Of a DNA stretch of 64,000 bases, positions 1 through 10,400 are shown one piece after another; position 1 is the stretch's first letter; each line of letters opens with the position of its first letter. Both the position numbers and the translations under genes were made by a program. The notes beneath the pieces were generated by a model that ran no database searches, was not told where the DNA came from, and was given only the letters and a program-made list of their open reading frames with translations. The stretch lies in contig OZ234493.1 in the NCBI GenBank assembly GCA_965153455.1, positions 3,720,001 through 3,784,000 of the forward strand, in the 5' to 3' direction. Source of the stretch: Sphagnum compactum (Eukaryota).

Positions 1-199
1 CTACCAAAATCAGACACCCAAATTGCAGCAAAAGACACAAAATCACATAGTACCAGATTGCAGAAAAAAACACACAGCAGACATAGAGGGAGGGAGCTCG
101 GGGCACAGAGTCAGGTTGAGTCACAAAGCCTGTGGGGGGGAGTCTTTTTAATGTTTGTTAACATTTTACCAGAATTTGTTTGTCTGTTTTGTTGTAGAT

Positions 200-1331
200 C
201 TTGCCTACATGTTTTTATTCTGCTTTAGTTTCATTTGCTAGAATAAACTTCAACTCAATATGGACTAGCAAGGCTCATATAGGACCAGTCAAAAATTTCA
301 CAGATATTGTGCCTTCAATAATGTTGTTACTTTTAGTATCTTTGACATCAAAATGGACCTCAGAAATAATATTTGATGGGGGGGGAGGGGTACATTACAT
401 TTGGTGTGGGGGTCCGTTTGCTAGGTGCCTTATTCTGTTCCTTCATAACTGAAGATGCAACTGGCAGCTCAGAACCTTCTGACTCCTCTGCTTCAGAGTT
501 GTAGTCGCTGCTACATGAAGTGTCGCATTCACTAGATGCTGCTGATGTCGACGACCCTTCCTCTTCCACCACATGACGATGTGGTTTTCCAGCATTCCTA
601 GTGCTCCTCCTCTTGCTTTGGTGTCCAAGTGTTCTCCCATCCACCACCTTTTGGGTGGACTTCTTATTTGTCTTCTTCCTCCCTTGCATGGTTGCTGAGT
701 CCATGAAGTGACGACTGCCAAGTGACCGAGTGTTTCCAAAATACAGCAAAGGAGTAATTAGTTTGGACTAAGACTGTCTCAATAAGCACATGACCACTAA
801 CTAGCATACAAACCTAATTTTAAGCTATGCATGTAGTAAATGATCACCAGGAACCCTATTTCATGGTAGCACCGAACACATCGATTTCAAACCCTAAACC
901 CTAACCCCATGAAAAATTAGAATAGATTGGAATTTGGAGAGTAGCTACAATCTAACACTAGAACAAAGATTATTGAAGCGTGTTCAAACTATTTGCGTAT
1001 ACACAAAACTCACGCACGTAGTCGGACTTCCAAACTTTTTCATACAGTGCAGGCAATGGAGATTGCACGATCCACTACTGAATTCTGTATGGTCCTCTCC
1101 ATTTATGCATGTGAAAACAAGTCTAAGAAGAACTCACAATTCTTGTGCGCTTCCTTCAACTTCTGCAAGTCGTTGTTTGAGTTGAGCAACGCGCTTGTTA
1201 CGTGCTAAAATGTAGGGGTTTAGCGTTGTTTCTTCGGGATCAGTATCCACCGTTCCTGAATCGTGACCCACTGTACCATCAGCATCACTGATGACTGCAT
1301 TTTCGTCACGCTCCATCTGTACCTTACTCAA
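200..1331 (-). pseudogene. Decayed spliced ORF of unknown function, possibly the second (TnpA-like) ORF of the CACTA element
   Basis: Minus-strand ORF pieces 1331-1134 (…NPYILARNKRVAQLKQRLAEV, followed by a GTGAGT donor) and 749-360 (basic then Ser/acidic tract) with stops. It runs divergently from the transposase. No diagnostic domain recognised. Confidence 0.3.
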
Positions 1332-2499
1332 ACAACTAGCCTTATGTTGGTCTTGCCTTAGAAATGCTAATTGTTATGGTATGCCACAAGCCTCCCCAAT
1401 GCTTCTACTCTTCCAAGTCTAGAAAAATTGGTTTTCTTAGAAAGCCTGACAACCTTTGCAGTTTGAACTTGAACATGTTGAGCCCACACACAAGCATTTA
1501 GTAGCTGCAAATTCCCCAGTGTAGTACAAACCCTCATTTATTATGGGGTACCTTTTAGAAAGTTACAACCAGTTTTATTTCTTTACAAGGGTGTGAATAG
1601 GAGCCTAACAAGGAGCATGTTTTGCACATTAGGCTGATACTTCTGATTTTTCAGTCTGTAAAGTTCATGCAGTTTGTAGCAGTTTGTAGTTCATCAGTAT
1701 ATGAAATGTGTGAGTTTAGAGCTAGTTCAAAAATCAATACTTGGCAAATAAATTGGAGAAACAGACCGGTTCCGACAAATGACAAGGATGATTTCAAAGA
1801 GCAGTAGTAGCCACCCACCCATGGTGAAAGTTTCTTTCATCTTCCCTTTCAAATTTTGTTTCCCTGCATTATACTCTTGCACCTGCACATCTTCAAATGC
1901 AATCCTTTGAAAGTTTCTGCAAGAAAGTGCATATGCGCATAACACTTCATCATGATATGTGCATGTGATGTTCCGGTTTGCTCAGCTCTACATACTGTTT
2001 TCAAAACATGAGCTCCTGATGGTCACATTTTCTTGTTTGCAGTTTTCAATATCTGAGCTCCTGATGGTCACATCCTTCTTTGCTACATTATGGCATCTTG
2101 TTGCACAAAGAATTGCATTAGCAGTTCAACCTTTGTGTCAACTCAAATTTTGATTGTATGGTCCTCAGTGAAGAGTAATATTGATTGTACAAAAAGGAGC
2201 TTCTGTGTACAGGTTGACAGACACTATGTGAATGACATTTTCACAGCAAGCTTGAATTACTCATCAGAGAGAAAGCAAGAGAGAAGTCTTATGAGCTGGT
2301 CTATGGCAAAGCAGAAGATGTCCTTTGACTTTGTTCTGAAATTTGTTTGGAAGTTCTGCTTCACAATATGTTCCACTGAAGTCTCTTGGTACAGCAAACT
2401 TTCCCAAATCCTTATTCCCATCTCTTTCTCTGCCTTTCTCCACCATGGTAGCTTCCGTAAGCTTGGAGATTGTTTGGTTATATGAGAGAGGCTACTACT

Positions 2500-2822
2500 T
2501 CTAACTACTTCACGGGCTAATGATCTATGTGCTTCTGCATACTCCAACGATAAGGTTAAGCAATTGTGGACCAATGTTGGGCATAAGTACAAACTATTGC
2601 AATTCCTTGAATTCATGAATCATGAGGGCAGGTGATTACTTGCTGGCCAATAAATGATTTAAGCCCCTTGTTGGCATAAGGGTCCTCAAAGAGACTTGTT
2701 TCAAATTTGACCAGAAGAATTCTGGCAACAACATCATCACTCCGTGACACTGGGATGTTCCCGCTTTTGACCTCATATGTCAAGTTGCTGATGAACTGTT
2801 CGTACATATAGGGCACCATTAC
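2500..2822 (-). pseudogene. Glycoside hydrolase family 3 (beta-glucosidase/exo-beta-glucanase) fragment: one exon plus the start of the next
   Basis: VMVPYMYEQFISNLTYEVKSGNIPVSRSDDVVARILLVKFETSLFEDPYANKGLKSFIGQQ (2822-2640, TGCAG acceptor and GTAATC donor), then AHRSLAREVVRS. This matches the plant GH3 pattern MIMVP…IPMSRIDDAVxRILRVKFxMGLFExP…HRxLAREAxRKS. The rest of the gene is absent. Confidence 0.8.
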
Positions 2823-4141
2823 CTGCAATCCACCAGAAATATCTATTAAATACTGCAGAACAAGCACTTAGGTGCAACATCAACTTCAAATAGTGGATGG
2901 AACACAGTAGGAGTCTTAGGTTTGCTGCAGGCTTCATGGGACCAGCAAAACAGAAAACATAGCCACACACTAGTCTGGCAGCTGGGTCACACCTCAGGCC
3001 CTTCTCAAGCCTTGCCAAACTACTCTACAACAATTCTATAAAGCAAGGGACATTACCTCAAAGCAGCAACCAACAATTGTCAAGGAAAATAAACTTTGCA
3101 AAAACACAAACCTCTACTTTTCCCAGCTATCACCCAATATCAAGGTATAATAAACTTTCAACTTTCAGCTGAAAGCATGCTTATTTCTCTTTGTTAAAAC
3201 AGATATTGCTTGTGCCTTGTTGAAGGAAGGTTTAGAACAGGTAGGGTAGCATGTGCAGCCAAAAAAAGTAGCCTGAGCCAAACTTGCTCAACTTCATGAA
3301 TACCCTTCCTTCTTTGCAACTGCATTTCAGGACCAGGGAGGCAAAAAAAAGGTTGATTAGATTGTTCAGCATGGATTCACAGTATTTGAAGGGGCTCTCA
3401 AAGTATTGCAATGCATTTAACTAAGTCAAAAGCTCTCCAATTTTCATAAACAATAGTCAATTAGAATGGCTGATTGTTGCCTCAAACCAAGAGTGCTACC
3501 AATTCAGTACTAAATTTCGTGCTTAATTCTAAAGATGGCAAATGAAGAAAATCCACTGAAATTTAGCTGTCGACATTTCAAATCTTCAAATTTAATAACA
3601 TGACGGCAACCAATAGCAGCATGAACGAAGAACACCAAGCCTAAGAAATGAGAAAAACAAGACCAAAACCAAAACTGAGGAGCAATTTGAACAACAATGG
3701 CTATTCATATGCATGTTCAAGTACCTTCAATAGCAACATGTATGGAATTGAACACCTACCAGAACATCCCCATTGCCTTCATCAGCTCCTAGCAATAGGT
3801 GGAGGTTAAGGTCAAACATTAGCCAGTGTACTAACATTCTATCAGAAGAAACGTTTGGCAGTAATGGACTAACTCAGCCATCGTGCTGCATGGCTGAACA
3901 AAACCTAAAAGAGAAGGGGAAAACCAAAAACCCAAGAAGAAAGCAAAGCTCAACAAAACCTGAAACAGAAGAAGACCAAACAATCTAAGGAGAAGAGCTA
4001 CATAACTTAAAATCCACATAGCTTGAGAGTCCAAATTTGCAGTTACTTAAAAGATGAGAAAAATCTCTACAACTTCTCTTGCATGCAACTCCAAAAGGGA
4101 AATCGTGTAGTGGGAAATTTGAATAGTGTGCAAGGATATAC

Positions 4142-5334
4142 CTCTCAACACCTCGTATCTCTTTAGATCTTCACGAGGCCATAATACTTGCTCAATATAT
4201 TCAAAGCACCTCCGTGAATTCACTACAGAACCTGCAAGTTGTTGAAGCCCACCATTTCTTCTCAGATATCCATCTATCTGTGCATGGTCCAAATGAAGAG
4301 ACAGCTTCCCAACAGGACAACCCCAACACCCTATGCACAAGGGAAAATTGTGAACATGTCCCCCCAAAAGAAAATAAAACCACCAATTGCCAATTGCACA
4401 TATTGTTACCTCCTGCAGGAAGTTCATCATCAAACCAACACGCTCCTGGCAGGAGCAATGAAGTGTCTTGACTCTTTGGAGCACAAACCAAGTGAGCAGC
4501 GAGTCAAGACACTTCATTGCTCCTGCCAGGAGCGTGTGCGAGGGTTGTTGTAACTGTGCTTCCAGTGTGTTCAGATAAAGCTGCAAGAGTTGGTTCACCT
4601 GGTCCTCACTGAATGCAGTCTTGAAACTCTCAACCAAGTACCTAAGCAGCACAATAATGTGCGATCTCACTACAAGATCCCCCCCCCACCACCACATGCA
4701 CACAAAAGGGTTTAAGAAAAAACCACCCACTTTCTTCCAGGTATTGAAATTGGGCTCAGCTCATCATAACAATGGCAAATTATAAAGGAATCATCGGGGT
4801 GTTGTCTTATGTTCTCCACCTTCTTCTTCCAAAATGGAGCACAATCACTTTACACAAAGAGGAAGACATAAAAGAGGAGGAAAATGAGGAGAAGGAGGAG
4901 GAGGAAGAAGAAGAAGAAGAAGATACTGATGAAGTTACTGCAATGAAGAGGCTGAAAAAACAGCAGACGTTACCTTTGATGATGATGAGAAAAACTCACC
5001 ACAAGGAATACAAGAGTAGATCTGATTTTAACGAATTCATTGATTGATTCACCATAGCAAGAGGACTGATGGGAACCTACTTCATGAACATCATGTGTAC
5101 ATAGATCTTGAAAACAGGAAAAAAGGGTGAGAACTGTTTTCAAGCACATGTTCCATGTGATTTTGCTTGCCGAAACTCAACAATCAGCACATTGGTAAGT
5201 CCCCAATCCACCGCGAAGTTGGGAGGCTGCTTCGAGTGCGAAATGCTCCATTCCAGCAGCACAGTAAGGGGCTTTAATGCTGCTGCTTGGACACCTTTGA
5301 CATCATCTCTCCGGAAAATTCTTAGACAATGTTC
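4142..5334 (-). pseudogene. Fragment of DNA-dependent protein kinase catalytic subunit (DNA-PKcs/PRKDC-like) N-terminal HEAT region, several exons, disrupted
   Basis: Collinear exon peptides EHCLRIFRRDDVKGVQAAALKPLTVLLEW, LLQLYLNTLEAQLQQPSHTLLAGAMKCLDSLLTWFDDELPAG and CFEYIEQVLWPREDLKRYEVLR resemble, from memory, vertebrate DNA-PKcs …FLGELKTQM…LAGCLKGLSSLLCNF…[21 protein letters not shown]. Splice sites are present. A 53-bp insertion frameshifts one exon. Confidence 0.65.
4438..4537. repeat. Perfect 37-bp inverted repeat with 26-bp spacer
   Basis: 4438-4474 acacgctcctggcaggagcaatgaagtgtcttgactc is the exact reverse complement of 4501-4537. Confidence 0.95.
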
Positions 5335-5692
5335 CTGGCGAGCAAGAAGGCATATTAGACAGAGACAGACAGCCACCCACCCACCCATCAGCCACACTGT
5401 TAATAAACAAAAGCACCAAGAATTCTTCGTCTTCAGAACCCTACATCCTAAAACACAAAAACAAAAAAGAGCAAAAGAAGAAGAAGAAACGCACTTCATT
5501 CACTCACTCACCCCTCGGCACCATTTGAGCAGAACTACTGATGCTACTCAGCCTCATTCATAGACAAGGTCATTCATGAACCCTAAACTGTATCTGATTT
5601 CACCCTAGCGTGTTCTTTACATCTAGTTTGGAAATATCAGTTCCCCACTTGTTCTCTCCTCTTCATTGTCTCCAGTTGCAGCAGGTGAGGTA

Positions 5693-6743
5693 CCCAATAG
5701 AGTGTGGCTGGACTGCAAATCCACTAATTCACCTGAATCTTTCTTTGAAGCTGTCTTCATTGCCTAATATGCACAACTCTCTTGCATGCTTGGAGCATGT
5801 AATGTCTTCATACAAGAGTTCAAGTGGGTACCTTTGCCAGTAGGTAAGCTGGTTTTTTCTTCATCCAAATCATTGACCCCTTGTGATCCTTCTGTCTTAG
5901 CTAGTTCTTCCAGCTGTTCTGTAGCATTACAGGTTCCATTTCGAGATACTGGATAGTTCTCATAATCCAACTACTCTACCTCGTTATCTGAGGCAACAGA
6001 GAAAGGAAGAATTGGAACATTAAGATGCACATATTCACCCACACCATCAACTGTCACCAGCTCCTTTGCAGGGACCACAAAATTCTCCTGCATAGTTGGA
6101 GCATGACTTGGATTGAAATTCAGGGACACCTCAGCAGATGTGTCTCCAGAGCTCTCATCTTCTTGTTTCTCAGAAGTTTCCACTGGGTAATCCCCTGCAT
6201 TGTCTAGCATCTGCTTGGAAGCAACTGGGTGATTGGTGTCAGCTGCGGAGACCATAGTTTGTTCCTCACAAGGTCTCTGCTCCTTCTAGTTTACCTCAGT
6301 TTTAGATCTGTCATCCCCTGGCATCTCCAGATTCCTCTCAGGGAGGAGCCCCTCAGAGATGTCCAGTGTTCCCACTGACATAACTGTATCACAATTTTCA
6401 GCTTCAAGAGATGTACAAAGTTCATCAAGACAGTTCAGATGTAACCCTTGTCCTTCAATCTCTTCCAACTTTGGCTCTTCTGCAGGAAATGCAGGCTTAT
6501 GCTGTAGAGTTGGAGCAGGTCTAGTTTCAAAAAGAGGGGACATGTGGGCAGCAGCAGCAGCCGATTCACCAGCTATGTCCTCTTCCTGCTTACGGAGATT
6601 GACTTCTCCCATGACAGGTATTGCAACTCTCTCATCTTCTGCCATATCAAATTTTCCATCGGACACATTGTTGGATCTATCTAATTCCTCAGCTGCCTCA
6701 GATGTATCATCATAGATCAGATGACCTCTGAGAGATGCAGGAC
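5693..6743 (-). pseudogene. Captured large exon (about 1.05 kb) of an unknown acidic, low-complexity protein with three in-frame TAG stops
   Basis: CTTGCAG acceptor ends at 6744. ORFs 6666-6286, 6255-5971 and 5970-5764 share one frame, separated only by TAG. Internal repeat motif resembling xxSHAPT(M/L)QE recurs. Donor near 5692. Confidence 0.55.
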
Positions 6744-7441
6744 CTGCAAGACCAACGCATCAACTAGCACAACATGAGGAACCCCTCTTGAAAGCCATTT
6801 CACATGCAAAACCTGTCCTTGGAATGTAGGTGACTGCCACATGTTGAAAATGGAGATAAAGGTATGAGATGCACAGTTGTATAAGACTTTTGTGATGAAT
6901 TGAGGTCAATGGAAGGAAAGATTTTTGTCTGGAATTGATCTCCACTTTGTGACAGAGGGAGCTAATGGATGTGTTTTCAATGTTCTATTTGGTGATTGGT
7001 GGCTGTGGTTGCATTTCAGGGGTCATGCCTCCCTCAGCTCTTGATCACTTGAGTATGTATCTCTGATGTACTTTTCCGGATTTTTGCACGAGGTGTGAGC
7101 ATATTATCATCTATTTAATTGTACCCACTGCCATTCACAGTGAAGAGGATGATGATGATTATGGTACTCACAGGCTGGAAAAGACACAACATTTGTTACG
7201 TTGCACGATTTGGTGGAGATTGTCCATGGAACCACATTCATACATTTCATTGTCAAGACTCCAACAGTTTGAAGATTTTATCTGAAAGCTTGCAATTAGG
7301 ATTTACCTGATTGGATATCTGAGTGCAAGTTAGCATTTCCTGGTTTCATAACAGTGTGATGTTGTCCAATTTCGCCACTTACTGTGAAGGAGTTCTGGTC
7401 AAGATTTCTTGTCATTCCATCATTATTTGAGGGAAGACATA

Positions 7442-10400
7442 ATGTCAATGCCTTTGGATGACCCAAGAAGGCAAAAAGCAAGGGATGACAAGTTGTGGAA
7501 GCGGGAGTTCACATGGGCCACACAACATGGGGTGGACAAGATGCGGTGTCCATGCGCCAAATGTGAAGGAACGGGCAGAATGGTTTTACTTACGACAGTT
7601 AGAAACCACCTAATCCTAAATGGGAGGCATCCACTATTTAGAGTGTGGAAAGGCCCAGGCCCAACTGACCACTCTGATGAAGAGTGGGTTGAAGCAAGCA
7701 GGGCAGCAGTAAACCCAATGGGAACAGAGGTGGAGGTGCAGGTAGTGGATGAGGCTGTGAATGTGAACCAACTTTTGGATGACCTATTCCAAATGCCAGA
7801 GGAAGAACATGAGGTTGAGAGGGTTGCAAACTTGTCCTCAGACCATAATGTAGAGGGAATGGAGCTAACAGGCATGGTGCAGAATGCCATGCAGATCATG
7901 GAAGAGTTAGCAGCATTGCCTGAAAGCATGCCCGACCAGAATAACCATGATAGGGGACAGGGGGGTGTGGACAATCACATGGGACTAGGTGAAACAGGGG
8001 CCCCATCAGTAGCAAGTGATGATGACATCTCAACTGAGGCCAATTATCTACGGGAAGCATGTCAGCCTTTGTACAATGGTGCAAGGTGCACGAAGCTAGC
8101 ATCAACATTACTGTTGATGAATGTTTGCACAGTACATGGCATATCCAACAAGTTCATGGATGAGTTATTAGCACTCCTTCATAAGCACCTACTGCCAAAG
8201 GATAACCTTCTGCCACCTAGCATGTATGCAGCTAAGAGCCTTACTAGGAAAGTAGGCCTAGACTACAAGCACATCCATGCATGTGTGAATGGCTGCATTT
8301 TATTTCGGAAGCAATATTCTACATTGGAGGCTTGTCCAAAGTGCGGGGCTACTCGGTACAAGAAATTTGGCACGTCTTTTGTTCCACAGAAAGTTCTACG
8401 GCACTTCCCCTTAATTCCTCGGTTGCTACGTATGTACCGAGCTCGATAGACATCAGAGATGATGACATGGCATGCTAGAAACAAGAGCACAGATGGGAAA
8501 GTTCGCCATGTGCCTGACAGCAAAGCATGGCAACACATTGATAATACATGGCCTGATTTTGCAATTGAACCTAGAAATGTAAGACTAGGTTTGGCCACCG
8601 ATGGGGTGAACCCTTTTGGGGACAAAAACAATGCTTGGTCCACTTGGCCAGTATTACTCCTAATCTATAACCTCCCACCATGGCTAGTCACAAAGAAGTT
8701 CTTCATGCTCTTATCTATCATAATTCCAGGGCCTGAGAGTGTTAAGAGTGCAAACTTTGATGTCCTAATAAGTCCTCTAATTGAAGAACTCCAAGAATTA
8801 TGGGAGGGGGTTAGAGGGCTTGACATACTACAACCTATAGGTAGAAGGCAATTTTTAATGAGGGCCATATTGATGTGGACGATTCATGATTTTCCAGGGT
8901 ATGGCTTAGTTTCTGGATGCCAACATCAGGGTTACAAAGCATGCCCTCCATGTGGATCAAGGACAACTAGTCGATGGTCAAAGGAGTTGGGAAAGGTAGT
9001 GTTTGAAGGAAATCGGAGGTGGCTGAATCGAAATCACCCATATAGAATTCATCCCATTGCCCAACATTTTAATGGTCATGAGGAGTTAAGGGGAAGGCCA
9101 AATATAATAACAGCTGCTGAGGTGAAAAGACAAGCCCACGCCACTGAAAAGTGGGTGGCTGCAAGAAATGTGTTGGGGGCAAAAGGGTGTCCATCGAGAA
9201 GCAGTGGGATGAAGCGTTTATGTGCATTCTGGGGTCTGCCATATTGGGAGGTGAGCATGAATTATTCAGCCCACCCACCTCAATTGTGTTACATGTTTAG
9301 GCCTGTTGAGTTTTGACCTGTTTGCTGATCCAAGGGTGATCATTGGTTTCACACTTTTTGTTTTCCAATTCACAGCTTTTAGACCCTTTTTCTTTCTTGT
9401 GCTTCCTCCCTCATTTGGCTCATCTATGTCACAACCCCCTCATTTTCAATACAGTGTTACCTTTCAATGCAGTTGCTCGTTGTATATTTAACTACTCTGC
9501 TTAGGGACTCTTCAATCAGTCCACTGCCCTTTAGATTCAGTTTACTTTTGCACTTGGCTATCCAAGAAGTATTTACCTTCTTATTCATCTTCATGTGAAT
9601 ATCTGGAACACAAAGTGACCAATTCAGACACCTGGTTGGCTCATGTAATTTTCTGGGATTCAGTGTACTACATGAATCATTGAGTATTTTGGGAGTGTGG
9701 AGTTATTGATGAGTCACAATCTGTTATTCCTCACTCTTATGAGAACTCCCTTATTAGTGTCATTTTCACTCATCAGTCCAGTCTTCCATGATTCATTTCA
9801 TTCCAACTGTATCATTGTTTGTGACTCAAGAAGGCCTTTTCTTATCAGGATTGATGATGGAAGACCCAAATTAGGGGTTGCCAAAGAAGCCCAAAAATGT
9901 CTCGTGTTCTGGCCAGATTTTTCTCCTCCTTTTTGCTCCAAGGATTCTGCTTTTTTTTCAAGAAATGATGAATTGGTCATGGTAACTTCAAGCAAACAGC
10001 TTGTGCATAGAAGTCCATAGAAGAAAATTGTGCTCCTTGAGGGCCCTGGAGTCCAGGTGAGGTTGAAATGGTGTGGGCCATACTGGTGGCACAGCTGCAG
10101 AGCATCTGCTGGTCTTGTCCATGGGTGACCGGCCCTCTAGATAGTTAACAAAGAAGATGAAGCAATTAAACTTGGGTTCTCAACCTCCTAGGGATGGAGT
10201 CAACCTCTGGGACTTTGTGACTCCATCAGTACACTGATCATCTTAGAACCTTGATGTGCTGTGAAGCATAATAGGTTAGTCCCTATGTTGCTGGAAATTG
10301 GGAAATATGGTTCCTTGTATACACCATTACTGTACCTCTCCAAAATCATTCTGGGATATTGCAGTTTGGTTTTGCTATATCTATGCATATTGCACATGCC

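Noticed and set aside
1727-1945. Possible Piezo-like or other membrane-protein fragment (MGGWLLLLFEII)
   Set aside because: Resemblance is only a few residues. It is probably cargo but cannot be assigned without a search.
1620-7089. ttttgcac at 1620 and 7082 as direct repeats bounding the left cargo block
   Set aside because: An 8-bp T-rich match over 5.5 kb is plausible by chance, and cargo-like sequence continues beyond 7089.
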